A stretch of DNA of 64,000 nucleotides. Source: a virus. Lineage: Duplodnaviria > Caudoviricetes. The stretch is from positions 96,001-160,000 of the IMG/VR virus record IMGVR_UViG_3300013121_000047. One strand, written 5' to 3'. A program made the position numbers and the translations under genes. A model generated the notes under the pieces. The model searched no databases, had not been told where the DNA came from, and worked only from the letters and a program-made list of their open reading frames with translations. Each line of letters begins with the position of its first letter. Positions within the stretch are counted from its first letter, which is position 1. Shown here one piece after another: positions 20,371-30,898 of the stretch.

Positions 20371-20793
20371 ATGTCCTCTCATCTTTATCAAACATTATCT
20401 GCAAAAAACATTAACCCAAATATAATAAAACTTTTATACCTAAAACTAGAAAAAAATCTAAAAAATTTATCAGCAGTATGGATTGCTTTAGATATTGTAG
20501 AGATAGAATCTTATTCATCTTTTATAGATTTTAAACTAAATTTTCTTTCCGAAACAGAAATTCAATCTATTACGACTTCTTTATATTTCAATGAGTCTTA
20601 TGAAAAATTTAGTTCTAGAAACTATATGTCTTCTGCGGATGATTGGTCTTCATTTTTTTTGGAATTAGATGATTTTATCTTTGCGCCTTATATTCCATTA
20701 ATTTTTACCAATGTATTTTTTCCAGAAAAATCAGTTAAAGAACAAATTACTCTCTCAGAGTTGTTTGGAACACTGAAATTATTCCTTAAATGA
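20371..20793 (+). CDS. Hypothetical protein
   Basis: 140 aa; its TGA stop coincides with the IS left-end motif. Confidence 0.5.
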   Translation: MSSHLYQTLSAKNINPNIIKLLYLKLEKNLKNLSAVWIALDIVEIESYSSFIDFKLNFLSETEIQSITTSLYFNESYEKFSSRNYMSSADDWSSFFLELDDFIFAPYIPLIFTNVFFPEKSVKEQITLSELFGTLKLFLK

Positions 20794-22168
20794 GCAGAAG
20801 TCCCCTGACCTCGCTTGGCAGTCAGGGGATGAATGCGATTAAAATAAATTCTTTCTCGTTTCTTTTTTTGGTAACATTTTTCCATTTCTTTCTTATTCTT
20901 TCTACTATTCTAAATGAGTTTGTCTTCTTATAGGTTTAAACTCTATCCAACAAAAAAACAAGAATCCTTGCTTTTTTCTCAAATCTTTGTTTGTAAAAAC
21001 CTATACAACAAATTCCTTGAATTGAACAAAGAAAACTATAATAAAACCAAGAAATTTTATTCTTGTTTTGATCTTAATAAATTAATCAAATCCCTTGATT
21101 CTTCTACCTTAAACCTCAAAATCGTCAACTCCCAAGTTCTCCAAAATGTTTCAAAAAGAGTTTCTAAAAACATTTTTTCTTTCTTAAAAAGAAAGAAAAC
21201 CGATAAATCCGTGGGATTCCCAAGATTCAAATCCATAAAGAAATCACATGGTTCCTTCACTTTTCCTTCTCTTTCTGGTTGGAAACTTGATCCCAAAACT
21301 AAAACTTTAAATCTTAATAAGATTGGTTGCGCGGTGAACGTTAAGCTCCACCGCGAAATAATTGGAAAAATAAAAACCTGTTCCATAAATGTAAACTCCC
21401 TCGGAGAATGGTATGTTTCCTTTTCTGTAGATTCTCCAAACCAAAATCAACCTCTTGATTTGAATAAAGTCAAGAAAAAAGATTTAATTGGAATTGATTT
21501 AGGAGTTTCCAAATTTGCGGTTCTCTCGGATGATTCTGAAATTCAAAATCCAAGATTTTTAAGAGAAATTGAAAAGAAGAAAAACAAGATTTCTTCACAA
21601 CTTTCTAAAGCAAGAAATAAAAAAGATAATAAAACCTTCAAAAAGAAAATAAAAGTTCTTCGGAAGATAAATAAAAAGCTTCATAATCGAACAGAGAATT
21701 TTCTTCACCAAACTTCGTTTTGTTTAATAAACAAAACAGAATACAAAGTATTTGGCGTGGAAAAATTGAATGTTAAAAATATGTTAGGGAAAGCACCGAA
21801 GGTGCTTTCAAAAAATATTCAAGCAGTTTCCATGTCAAAGTTTTTGACAATGATGAAATACAAAGCCGAAAAAGCTGGTAAAGTAGTCATATTTGTTTCT
21901 CCAAATGGAACCTCCCAACAGTGTTCAAAGTGCTTAAAGAATCCAACAAAGAGAAAAGATTTAAGCATTCGGGTTCATGAATGTGAGTTTTGCGGGACAA
22001 AACTTGACAGGGATTTGAATGCAAGTTATAACATAAAAAGATTAACCCAAGAAAAACTAAATAATTTCTTGAAAAATAAAGACTCTAGGGCAATAGAGTT
22101 TTTCGAGGATTCAAAAGATTCTCGGATAGAAGCCCCCACCTTGCTTTCACAGGTGGGGGAGTTGTCAC
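20791..22168 (+). mobile_element. tnpB-only IS200/IS605-family element, copy C (different TnpB lineage)
   Basis: Left hairpin TCCCCTGAC/GTCAGGGGA (20801-20829); right end GAAG-[CCCCCACCT/AGGTGGGGG]-AGTTG-TCAC. Confidence 0.85.
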
Positions 22169-22179
22169 TCACAAAGTAG
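20914..22179 (+). CDS. tnpB: TnpB RNA-guided nuclease
   Basis: YRFKLYPT HTH, GFPRFKS, GIDLG, VEKL, TSQQCSKC..CEFC, DRDLNAS. Confidence 0.93.
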   Translation: MSLSSYRFKLYPTKKQESLLFSQIFVCKNLYNKFLELNKENYNKTKKFYSCFDLNKLIKSLDSSTLNLKIVNSQVLQNVSKRVSKNIFSFLKRKKTDKSVGFPRFKSIKKSHGSFTFPSLSGWKLDPKTKTLNLNKIGCAVNVKLHREIIGKIKTCSINVNSLGEWYVSFSVDSPNQNQPLDLNKVKKKDLIGIDLGVSKFAVLSDDSEIQNPRFLREIEKKKNKISSQLSKARNKKDNKTFKKKIKVLRKINKKLHNRTENFLHQTSFCLINKTEYKVFGVEKLNVKNMLGKAPKVLSKNIQAVSMSKFLTMMKYKAEKAGKVVIFVSPNGTSQQCSKCLKNPTKRKDLSIRVHECEFCGTKLDRDLNASYNIKRLTQEKLNNFLKNKDSRAIEFFEDSKDSRIEAPTLLSQVGELSLTK

Positions 22180-22597
22180 TACTCACTATCACTTTTGGAG
22201 GCTCAAGAAGTTTTAATCCGCAAGTTTTATGAAACTTATCAAAGTTTTCCGAATTTAAAAGAAAAAATTCTTGTTTGTTTTCTATCTTATATGTTTGTTC
22301 TTTTTTAAGTGGTGAAACCTTTTCTTTGCTTATGAACTGAAAAACTACTAATGGTTTTGAAGATATTATCCCAAAATAAGACATTAGTTTTCTTGGTGAG
22401 AAAACTCCGATTAAATCTATTTCAAGAGTATTATCAATTAATACTGGGCAGTATTGTATCCATCCTTTGACGATAAAATCAAACATAAATAAATTTATAA
22501 CGAATGCCCCACTTTTTCTTTTCTCTATTTCAGATCTACATTTCTCAGAAAGAGAATCAAAATTATTTTGAGCTTTTATTGTTTCTTTCTTTTTCAT
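22169..22597 (-). CDS. Hypothetical, outlying member of the SPRK family
   Basis: VFSPRKL...EPPKVIVS, cf. 58850-60777. Confidence 0.5.
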   Translation of the reverse strand: MKKKETIKAQNNFDSLSEKCRSEIEKRKSGAFVINLFMFDFIVKGWIQYCPVLIDNTLEIDLIGVFSPRKLMSYFGIISSKPLVVFQFISKEKVSPLKKEQTYKIENKQEFFLLNSENFDKFHKTCGLKLLEPPKVIVSTTL

Positions 22598-22617
22598 AAC
22601 AAACCTTTTGAAGACTT

Positions 22618-23127
22618 TTAACGTAATTCATATATTAATCCATATTTTGAACCTGAATCATGAATTTTTTCAAATCCAAATTTAACAAGAAGTTTTTCCA
22701 TAATTGGATTTACGACTTGCGCTCTTATTGTAATGCCGTGTCTTTTATATTGTTTTACAATGCTTTGAATTAATTTAGATGCTATTCCTGCCCCTCTAAA
22801 AAGTTCATCTGTAACAATACTAAAGGTAATAATACCTTGTATTCCTTCGTCATATTCTTCATCGTTTGGAATATCACGAGAAATAACAGATCCTCCTAAT
22901 ACTGTACCGTCATCCGAAATAGCAACTTCAAAAGGTTTTTCATTAGACATTATACGAATTTTTGCAATATTAAACAGACCAGCTAATTGCTCAAAAACTT
23001 CAGAAGAATCAATAATTTCGTTGTCCCCAAAAGTTATCTCGTAGCTATCTTCATCCGAATTTTCAATATTGATTATATCAAATTTTAAACTGCCGTTGGT
23101 TTCGAATATCAATTTTTTAAGTAACAT
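22618..23127 (-). CDS. GNAT acetyltransferase with LIFE leader
   Basis: Probable start ATG 23127 (MLLKKLIFET); FRGAGIASKL acetyl-CoA motif, FGFEK. Confidence 0.75.
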   Translation of the reverse strand: MLLKKLIFETNGSLKFDIINIENSDEDSYEITFGDNEIIDSSEVFEQLAGLFNIAKIRIMSNEKPFEVAISDDGTVLGGSVISRDIPNDEEYDEGIQGIITFSIVTDELFRGAGIASKLIQSIVKQYKRHGITIRAQVVNPIMEKLLVKFGFEKIHDSGSKYGLIYELR

Positions 23128-23143
23128 AGCTATAATAGATAGA

Positions 23144-23965
23144 ATGATAGAAATTAAATCACAACAAGAGATAGAGAAAATGAGAGCAGCGGGAAAACTT
23201 GCGGCAGAAACTTTGCTTGCTGTTGGAGAATTTATAAAACCAGGAATAACAGGTTTGGATATCGATAGATTTGTCAAAGAATTTACTGAAAAAAACGGAG
23301 GAACTTGTGCGCCGTATATGTATAAAAATTCTTACTCAGAAAAACATCCATTTCCAGGGCATGTTTGTATATCTCCAAACAATGTTGTTTGCCATGGTAT
23401 TCCAAATAACAAACCTTTAGATAATACAATTTTTAACGTTGACGTTACTTGTATTTTAGATGGTGCTCATGGGGATACAAGTGCAATGTTCTTTTTAGGG
23501 AAAGTTTCTGATGAAGATATGCTTTTAATGAAAACCGCGCAAGATGCACTTATGATGGGAATTATGATAATATCTAATGGAACAAGAGTTGGCGACATTG
23601 GGGAAATAATTCAAACCTATTCAGAACAACGGGGATACTCTATTGTTAAAGAGTTTGGTGGTCATGGAATTGGAATTGGTCCAAATGGATTTCACATGAA
23701 ACCAGATATTCTGCACTATGGAAAAAAAGGATTAGGCCAAAGACTTTTATCTGGTTTGACCCATACAGTTGAACCAATGCTAAATGCAGGGGAGCCAGGA
23801 ATATTCTTAGACAAAAATGATTTGTGGACAGTTTACACAAAAGATGGTAAAAATAGTGCGCAATGGGAACACACTATATTAGTGACCGACTTCGGTTCTG
23901 AAATATTAACATATCGAGAAGCGCCATTAAAAAACTCAATTGAAATGTTAGTCGAATTTAATTAA
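23144..23965 (+). CDS. map: Methionine aminopeptidase type I
   Basis: Start MIEIKS at 23144; VCHGIP, NVDVT, HGDT, GHGIG, TVEPM, AQWEHT. Confidence 0.95.
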   Translation: MIEIKSQQEIEKMRAAGKLAAETLLAVGEFIKPGITGLDIDRFVKEFTEKNGGTCAPYMYKNSYSEKHPFPGHVCISPNNVVCHGIPNNKPLDNTIFNVDVTCILDGAHGDTSAMFFLGKVSDEDMLLMKTAQDALMMGIMIISNGTRVGDIGEIIQTYSEQRGYSIVKEFGGHGIGIGPNGFHMKPDILHYGKKGLGQRLLSGLTHTVEPMLNAGEPGIFLDKNDLWTVYTKDGKNSAQWEHTILVTDFGSEILTYREAPLKNSIEMLVEFN

Positions 23966-24934
23966 CAAACTTTGAATTTCTTGAATTGCACTATCATATG
24001 TAAATTTAAAGTTTTCAGCTGCCGATTTTCGTTCTTCTATGGATCTATTAGGAATAGATTCTACTTCTTTAATAAAAGATTCAACCGAGTTATACTTGAT
24101 TAATTCAGGTATTTTTTCTAATGATTTTACTGTTTCGTACAATGGCAAAGGCTCAAATAGAATAATTTTTGCACCTGAAGCTGATGCTTCGCCAAGCCTT
24201 ACTGGATATTCTAATATCACAGGATTTACCTGTTCGTGCAGAACGTATTCTGATTCTCTATAAAAAGATAAACAGTCATTTGGATGAATTGGACCTCCGT
24301 GTTCAACATAATGGAATTTTATTTTATCTCGCATTTTTTGATTTAAGAAATCAAATGCTTTCATTATTTGTGGCCGATTATAACCTGTTCCAAAATAAGA
24401 AAACTTATATTTTGATTCTTTAATCAAACTTGGATCTACGAGTTCTGACTTAGAACAAGGCATATATGAAAAAAACAAATTATCTAAAACTTTATAAGTT
24501 GTTTCATTAACTTTTTCTTTTGTTGATATTAATTCTGAAATTAAATCTAAATCTTGACCTTCATGGTCAATCATTTGGTAGTTCGTAGTAGAAAATAACT
24601 CAATATATTTTTCATTGAGTATTGTATCAAACATAAATGATTTTGGTGTAAAAATCATTTTTAAATGAGTATTGCTTTTAGCAAAATTTAAAACATCTAA
24701 AATTTTAGTATTTGCCCACAATATAAAATTTTGAACATTTTCAAACACTCCATCTAAATATTCTGTCTCTGCGAACAACAAATCTATATTAGAGTGTTTA
24801 TTCAATATAGATTTATTTAAATATGTATAATGAAATACTTCATAGTTTAATTTTTTAAATCCATTTATAAAGCCTTCAATTTTTTTGTAGTTGTAATTGT
24901 TTTTATCAATTCCTATAACAACAACAGTTTTCAT
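23948..24934 (-). CDS. Glycosyltransferase-like (CgeB/GT-B type)
   Basis: FSYFGT...R, VRLGEASASGA; within glycan cluster. Confidence 0.5.
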   Translation of the reverse strand: MKTVVVIGIDKNNYNYKKIEGFINGFKKLNYEVFHYTYLNKSILNKHSNIDLLFAETEYLDGVFENVQNFILWANTKILDVLNFAKSNTHLKMIFTPKSFMFDTILNEKYIELFSTTNYQMIDHEGQDLDLISELISTKEKVNETTYKVLDNLFFSYMPCSKSELVDPSLIKESKYKFSYFGTGYNRPQIMKAFDFLNQKMRDKIKFHYVEHGGPIHPNDCLSFYRESEYVLHEQVNPVILEYPVRLGEASASGAKIILFEPLPLYETVKSLEKIPELIKYNSVESFIKEVESIPNRSIEERKSAAENFKFTYDSAIQEIQSLLIKFD

Positions 24935-24935
24935 T

Positions 24936-25928
24936 TTATTTTCCTTCTTTAACCAGTTTTAAGTCTGCGTCATACATAATTTTTGCGAGTTCTTTAAATT
25001 TAATTTTAGGTTCCCATCCTAATTTTTCTTTTGCTTTTGTAAAATCACCACATAAAGCAGGAACTTCATGGGCGCGAAAAAGACGAGGATTTATAACCAA
25101 ATGTTTCTGTAAATCCAAACCAGCATATTCAAACACTAGTTCAGCAAACTCTTTTACGCTGTGAGATTCTCCAGTTGCTATAACGTAGTCATCTGGAGTT
25201 TCTTGTTGTAACATTTTGTGCATAGCAACAACATATTCTTTTGCGTATCCCCAGTCCCTTTTAGCGTTAAGATTTCCAAGCTCAAGTTTAGTTTGAAGCC
25301 CACATTTTATTTTAGCTGCCGCTAACGTTATTTTTCTGGTAACGAAGGTTTCACCTCGGCGCGGTGATTCGTGATTTTCTAAAATTCCACAAGAAATATG
25401 CATTCCATATGCTGTTCTATAATTTCTTGCAAGATTGTGTGCGAATACTTTTGCACACGCATATGGAGAAGCTGGCATAAGTTTGGTATTTTCATTTTGT
25501 GGAAATTCTGGGTTGTCTCCAAACATTTCGCTGGAGGATGCTTGATAAATTCTTGCGTTTGGAGCAATCTCTTTTGCTGCATTTAAGACGCGCAAAAAAC
25601 CCATTCCAACAACATCGAGCGTTTCTTCTGAAACATCAAAAGAAGTTTTCACATGGGACTGCGCTGCTAAATTGTAAATTTCATCAGGTTTATATTTTGC
25701 GAGAAGTCGATAAATTGAAGAAGCATCACTCATGTTTCCATATTCTAGTATAAAATTTGGATTCGTATATATGTGGTCTATTCGAGAAGTTGAAATTATA
25801 CTCGTTCTGCGTTTCATTCCAACAACTTTGTAACCTTTCTCAAGTAGAAATTCTGCTAAATAACTTCCTGCCTGTCCTGTCACACCTGTGATGAAAGCAC
25901 AAGGTTGTTTTGTTTTTTGGTTGTCCAT
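24936..25928 (-). CDS. gmd: GDP-mannose 4,6-dehydratase
   Basis: ITGVTGQAGSYLAE, LAAQSHV, SSEMFG, SPYACAK, HESPRRG, RDWG. Confidence 0.95.
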   Translation of the reverse strand: MDNQKTKQPCAFITGVTGQAGSYLAEFLLEKGYKVVGMKRRTSIISTSRIDHIYTNPNFILEYGNMSDASSIYRLLAKYKPDEIYNLAAQSHVKTSFDVSEETLDVVGMGFLRVLNAAKEIAPNARIYQASSSEMFGDNPEFPQNENTKLMPASPYACAKVFAHNLARNYRTAYGMHISCGILENHESPRRGETFVTRKITLAAAKIKCGLQTKLELGNLNAKRDWGYAKEYVVAMHKMLQQETPDDYVIATGESHSVKEFAELVFEYAGLDLQKHLVINPRLFRAHEVPALCGDFTKAKEKLGWEPKIKFKELAKIMYDADLKLVKEGK

Positions 25929-26017
25929 TTTTTTACAATTCGTTTGAATTATATGAAAAATTTTATTGAATGTCACCCCTTCTTTTTGTAGAAAAACCTT
26001 AAAACATCTAACTTAAT

Positions 26018-26245
26018 CTAAATTCTTTTCTTCCTTTTAATAGATCTTTTTGGCGCAGTGCAGTATATTCCGCCATATGGTGCCATAGAATTTTCTTTGC
26101 CTGACTGGCAACATGCCTCAAAATGCAAAATTCCTCCTGTGCTATGGCATTCACAGTCACAAGATTGCACGCCGTCAAACCTTATCGAATTACAAGTTTC
26201 TTTATACGAATGTGGTTGTTCTTCTGAACAATCTATTATTATCAT
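26018..26245 (-). CDS. Small Cys-rich hypothetical protein
   Basis: CDCECH...CC; in-strand with neighbours. Confidence 0.4.
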   Translation of the reverse strand: MIIIDCSEEQPHSYKETCNSIRFDGVQSCDCECHSTGGILHFEACCQSGKENSMAPYGGIYCTAPKRSIKRKKRI

Positions 26246-26262
26246 TTTTAACTTTTCCTTTT

Positions 26263-26703
26263 TTAATTGAAAATGTTCATATCGATTTCTTCATCTATTT
26301 CTGTTTCCACTATGAGAAATCTGTCTTCTTTAAAATAATCTCCAAGTAAAAAATTGAATCGATGATATAAAATATATTCATCATTTTCAGTATACACAAA
26401 TGAAGAATAAGAAGAAACAGTGAAATTTTTAAGTTTTTCTATTGCCGCCATAATATCTTTTATTGATCCAACACCACGAAATGATTCTAAGAATATAGAA
26501 ACTTGATCATTAAGAATCTTTTCCTGTTTCTCTGATGCTTTAAACTTTAGTCTCTCTTTTAATTCTTCGAAAGTTTTGTTTTTAGCTTCGTAATATTTCC
26601 ACAAATAAGAAACAATTCTATCAACAGCTAATAATTCTGACGAAAATGATCCCCAAAAATTCAATTCATAATCCCCATAATAAAAAACATTATAAATTTT
26701 CAT
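26263..26703 (-). CDS. Hypothetical protein
   Basis: 146 aa, operonic. Confidence 0.5.
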   Translation of the reverse strand: MKIYNVFYYGDYELNFWGSFSSELLAVDRIVSYLWKYYEAKNKTFEELKERLKFKASEKQEKILNDQVSIFLESFRGVGSIKDIMAAIEKLKNFTVSSYSSFVYTENDEYILYHRFNFLLGDYFKEDRFLIVETEIDEEIDMNIFN

Positions 26704-26706
26704 GTT

Positions 26707-27672
26707 TTATTTAAGGGAACCTCTTACATTTGGATAGTTTGTTAAAAACCAAGAAATGGTTTTTTCTAAACCTTGATTTAAATTGTGATAACTTGGAGTT
26801 TTTCCATGAATTTCACTATACGTTGATTCGAAAAGTTTTGTTGATGCAGTTTTTTTAAACTGTCCATTTGGTTTATTTGTATTCCAAATAATAGTTCCTT
26901 TATATTCCATTAATTCTTGAACCAACAAAACTAAACTCTTAATAGAGTATTCTTCATAGTTTCCAACATTTACAGTTTCTTGACTTTTGTGGTGGGCCAT
27001 ACAAAACTCTAAATCTCTTGCAACATCTCTTGCGTAAGAAAATTGTCTAAGAGGTGTTCCGTTCCCCCAAAATTCAACCTCAGTTAAATTATTTTGTTTT
27101 GCTAAAAATATTTTATGAATTACTGATGGTACAACATGACCATTTAACAAAGAAAAATTATCATTTTCTCCATACATGTTATTTGGAGTTGCCGTTATAA
27201 ACTTTACATATCCTAGTTTTTCATTTAAAGCTTTTCCATATATATCTAACATTCTTTTTGCATAAGCATATCCAAAATTTGATTTATGCGGTTCACCATT
27301 ATGCAAAGTATTTTCTAATATTGGAAGTGCCACTTTATCTGGATATATACATGTGCTTAGAACCGAGCAAACTTTTTTAGTTTCTTGGCATTCTGCCGCG
27401 GCATTTAATACATTTGTGTTAATTTGAATATTGTCATCAAAAAAAACGGCATTACCAGACATGTTTGCACCTAAACCGCCTACTTTTGCTGCCAAGTGAT
27501 AAACAAAAGTAGGCTTTGTTGATTTAAAAATTTGCTCAACGGCGGACCGATTACGAAGATCGGTAGATGAATCTAATAAGATTAAATTATCTAAATTACC
27601 GATTTCTTTTAAATGATGAACCAAAGCAGAACCAAGCAGACCTGTACTTCCAGTTATTAGAATCTTATCCAT
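26707..27672 (-). CDS. fcl: GDP-L-fucose synthase
   Basis: GSTGLLG, HLAAKVGG, STCIYP, YAYAKR, WGNGTPLRQF. Confidence 0.92.
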   Translation of the reverse strand: MDKILITGSTGLLGSALVHHLKEIGNLDNLILLDSSTDLRNRSAVEQIFKSTKPTFVYHLAAKVGGLGANMSGNAVFFDDNIQINTNVLNAAAECQETKKVCSVLSTCIYPDKVALPILENTLHNGEPHKSNFGYAYAKRMLDIYGKALNEKLGYVKFITATPNNMYGENDNFSLLNGHVVPSVIHKIFLAKQNNLTEVEFWGNGTPLRQFSYARDVARDLEFCMAHHKSQETVNVGNYEEYSIKSLVLLVQELMEYKGTIIWNTNKPNGQFKKTASTKLFESTYSEIHGKTPSYHNLNQGLEKTISWFLTNYPNVRGSLK

Positions 27673-27675
27673 TTT

Positions 27676-28320
27676 TTACTCTTTTACAAAAACATAATTT
27701 TCATTATCGAGAACAAATTTAAGTTTGTAACCAATTTCATCCATAAAATTTAAAGCTTCTTGAACGTGATGATTTCTTTTTCCGAGGGCATGGTTTAATT
27801 CAACAAGTACCAAAGGGTTCTGTTCTGTTAAAACTTGTTTGCTGCCTAAAAGAACTTCATAATCATATGAATCAACATCAATTTTTATCAAATCAACTTT
27901 TAAATTATTTGTTTTTACAAAAGTATCTAAGGTAATAAAAGAAAATTGTTTATCGTCGACGATTCCTTGCGACCAAACTTTAAATATTCTATCGTTTTTT
28001 ATTTCGTCTTTTTCACCAAGCGGCTGTGTTTGAAGTGAGACATTATCTTGACATGAGTTGTATGCCAAATTTTCTTTCAACATTTCAATTGTATCGGTTG
28101 GTTCAAAAGCATAAACCTTACCTTCGTAAGCGAGTTTAGCAAATGGGACGGTATACATTCCAATATTAGCCCCAGCATCAATTATAGTAAAATTTGGTTT
28201 GATATAGTTGCATAAAAATTCTTTTGTATTCCTTTCAGCGGATGTAAACCACCCAGCATCAGATCCATAATATCTAGGAAAATTATATGAAACGCCTTGT
28301 TTATAGTTTATAGTTATCAT
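27676..28320 (-). CDS. FkbM-family methyltransferase
   Basis: IDAGANIG, YAFEP, TLD...IKIDVD. Confidence 0.85.
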   Translation of the reverse strand: MITINYKQGVSYNFPRYYGSDAGWFTSAERNTKEFLCNYIKPNFTIIDAGANIGMYTVPFAKLAYEGKVYAFEPTDTIEMLKENLAYNSCQDNVSLQTQPLGEKDEIKNDRIFKVWSQGIVDDKQFSFITLDTFVKTNNLKVDLIKIDVDSYDYEVLLGSKQVLTEQNPLVLVELNHALGKRNHHVQEALNFMDEIGYKLKFVLDNENYVFVKE

Positions 28321-28895
28321 TCTTTACTTACCTCTGGTGTAAAAATTCCAACGCCCGCATCAACCTCTGCTTCTTGCAAACAATAATGTTTATAGTTTCC
28401 AGTACCATAAAGTTTATCAATACTTGGTTTTACAAATTGATAATCCAAAGCTTGTCCTTTGTATTTGTCAAAACCAAACTTAGCTTTGCCGTCTGCATCT
28501 GGTACATAAAAATCATGAATTACAACAACTGGTTTTAATCCATATTTTTTCATTGTTAAAATTTCATCATGAATTGGCCAATAGTCTCCCCAATGCGCAT
28601 CAAGAAAAAACAAAACATTCTTTAAGTCTCTTTCTTCTAAAATTTCATCTAACACATCTGGAGATGATCCAAAAAAGCGATATACATTTTTTGAGTCTTT
28701 TAAATAGTCGTTGGCTATTTCATAGTTTTCTTTATTTATTTCTATTGTAAAAACTGGCAATTCAAATTCAGCTAGTTTTTTAGCAGACCAACCACGATAG
28801 GTTCCTGTTTCTACAATAGTGTCTATTTTATATTCTTTTATTAGTTTAGCAATTTCCTTGTAGACATACTTGTCTTCTATTGCACCTTTTTCCAT
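28317..28895 (-). CDS. Class I SAM-dependent methyltransferase
   Basis: VETGTYRG, TIE, GSS, FFLDAH, VIHD. Confidence 0.75.
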   Translation of the reverse strand: MEKGAIEDKYVYKEIAKLIKEYKIDTIVETGTYRGWSAKKLAEFELPVFTIEINKENYEIANDYLKDSKNVYRFFGSSPDVLDEILEERDLKNVLFFLDAHWGDYWPIHDEILTMKKYGLKPVVVIHDFYVPDADGKAKFGFDKYKGQALDYQFVKPSIDKLYGTGNYKHYCLQEAEVDAGVGIFTPEVSKE

Positions 28896-28896
28896 T

Positions 28897-30420
28897 TTAA
28901 TCTCTTACCTCGTATTGAAATAAATCACCATATATTTTTTTCACTTCTTCAACCACATCTTTGCATTCGTTGATTACAACTTTATATCCTTCTTTAGCAA
29001 GACCTACCGCAAACAGTAGTTGCTGTGACTCTTCTATTAGATTAGATTCTTGTTTGTATGTAACTGAATCAAATTTAACAGCTTTTAATTTATCTTGGTT
29101 TTCATTTTTGAAAAATTTAATTTGTTCTTGCAAATGAAGTTTGTTTGACTCATCTGCGGCATTACTTATTTTTGAAGGCATATCAAGGTCTTTTGCAAAA
29201 ATGCCCAATGCTCTGCCATCTCGTGGCAAACAATTATGAACTGTACAATTCTCCAAAACATAAGATTCGTCTTCATCAACTTCTAAATTATAAACCAATC
29301 CATTGTAATATTCTTTTTCTGCAAAAATTAGTTTGTGTTTGCTAAAAGTATTTTCTACCGTAATCGTTGGCATAACAATTTTATCAGTCGATGTTAGTTC
29401 ATCGGCAACAATAAATAATTTCTTATTTTGTCTTTCAACTAAAACTGGGTGATTTGGAGTTAGTGGTGTACTTTTATTGTCAAATCCGCTAGATTTGATC
29501 ACAATCATTTCTCCATCGTATGGTTTAGCATAATTTTTTATTATTTTTCGATATCTTCCTTTATGTGTTAACACATAGTCTCCAACAGAAATTCTTACAA
29601 TTGGCTTTAATCCATTTTTGGTTTGTACTAATTGATTTGGTTTTAAACACGGACCGCCGAATCCATATCCATGTTTCAAGAATTTATTTCCAACTCTAGA
29701 GTCGGAACCTATTGCACTTAATACCGTATCTGGATTGCCTCCTGCTTTTTTAACAATATCTCCGACCATGTTGGCATATGCAATTTTTGTTGTTAAAAAG
29801 CAATTTAAACCAATTTTTGTAATTTCTGCTTCCAACGGAGTCATTCTTGCAAATTTGGGCTTATTAACAGTATGGGTTTCATATATCTCTTGCAGTAAAT
29901 CACCAGAAGCTTTATTTGCTTCGCCAATCAATACCATGTCTGGATTTTCTTGATCTCTTAAAATTGTACCTTGAGCAATAAATTCTGGATTATATGAAAC
30001 AACATAGTTTAATTCGAGTAATTCATTTTTAATCGAATCACAATATCCTGGCATTACAGTGCAGGTTATTACAAGATTTTTTTGAGTTTCTTGCCGTCCA
30101 ATTTCTTTTAATTTCTGAATTACACTGTCTACCTGCGCGTGACTGTATCGTCCGTCGGGCAGGGATGGAGTAGCAACAATTACAAAAAGTGTATCGGAAT
30201 GTTCTACGGCCTCTCTCATTGAGGTTGTGGCACGAAACTGCCTAGACTTATCCAATAAATCATTTAAACCAGGTTCAGAACTACGATATTGTTTTGTGTT
30301 TATTAAATCTACATAAGATTGATGTAGGTCAACACCTAATACATTATATCCATGTTTTTCTAAAGTTAGTGCAAAGCAAAGACCTAATTTTCCGATTCCT
30401 ATGATTGATAGTTTTTTCAT
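28897..30420 (-). CDS. ugd: UDP-glucose/GDP-mannose dehydrogenase with intein
   Basis: GIGKLG, YNPEF, GFGGP|intein|CLPRD. Confidence 0.88.
   Translation of the reverse strand: MKKLSIIGIGKLGLCFALTLEKHGYNVLGVDLHQSYVDLINTKQYRSSEPGLNDLLDKSRQFRATTSMREAVEHSDTLFVIVATPSLPDGRYSHAQVDSVIQKLKEIGRQETQKNLVITCTVMPGYCDSIKNELLELNYVVSYNPEFIAQGTILRDQENPDMVLIGEANKASGDLLQEIYETHTVNKPKFARMTPLEAEITKIGLNCFLTTKIAYANMVGDIVKKAGGNPDTVLSAIGSDSRVGNKFLKHGYGFGGPCLKPNQLVQTKNGLKPIVRISVGDYVLTHKGRYRKIIKNYAKPYDGEMIVIKSSGFDNKSTPLTPNHPVLVERQNKKLFIVADELTSTDKIVMPTITVENTFSKHKLIFAEKEYYNGLVYNLEVDEDESYVLENCTVHNCLPRDGRALGIFAKDLDMPSKISNAADESNKLHLQEQIKFFKNENQDKLKAVKFDSVTYKQESNLIEESQQLLFAVGLAKEGYKVVINECKDVVEEVKKIYGDLFQYEVRD
29233..29649 (-). 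mobile_element. Cis mini-intein (139 aa) in ugd
   Basis: CLKPNQLV start, TPNHP block B, VYNLEV...VHN end, +1 Cys; no endonuclease domain. Confidence 0.92.
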
Positions 30421-30448
30421 TTGATGGATTGATTTTAACCAAAAACCA

Positions 30449-30898
30449 TTAAAATGTTTTTGGTTGGTTTAAAACCCAGACACATTCGGAAATAGGATTA
30501 ATCCAAATCATAGATTTTCGTTTTTCCAACATTTGTTGAAACACATTATGTGTGCCCCCTTTATTTCCATCAAAAACAACTATTCCACAATTTGCGTCTT
30601 CTACCATTTTAGAATTCTTTGCGTAAAAAATTTCTTTTGCAAATTTTAAACACTTATCCCTTAATTCTTTTTCTTCTGGATATAAGTCTCCTTGCTCTTT
30701 AAATGGAACATAGGCATAATATGGAATGTTTAAATTTATTAGAGTTTCACAAAAGATAAGATCTACTCCACCAGCCATGCCAGAAATTCCAATACTTGGA
30801 TTTATTTCCAAAACCGCATCTTCTATTGCTTTTCTAATCCAATCAATATTATAAGTTTTCAACTTATGCAAACGATGACCAGAAATTATACATTTCAT
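30449..30898 (-). CDS. SLOG/YspA-like protein
   Basis: ISGHR, SGMAGGVD, FDGNKGGT. Confidence 0.7.
   Translation of the reverse strand: MKCIISGHRLHKLKTYNIDWIRKAIEDAVLEINPSIGISGMAGGVDLIFCETLINLNIPYYAYVPFKEQGDLYPEEKELRDKCLKFAKEIFYAKNSKMVEDANCGIVVFDGNKGGTHNVFQQMLEKRKSMIWINPISECVWVLNQPKTF

Noticed and set aside
23069-23277. Long antiparallel overlap of map and GNAT
   Set aside because: Artifact of longest-ORF starts; ATG 23144 and ATG 23127 remove the overlap.
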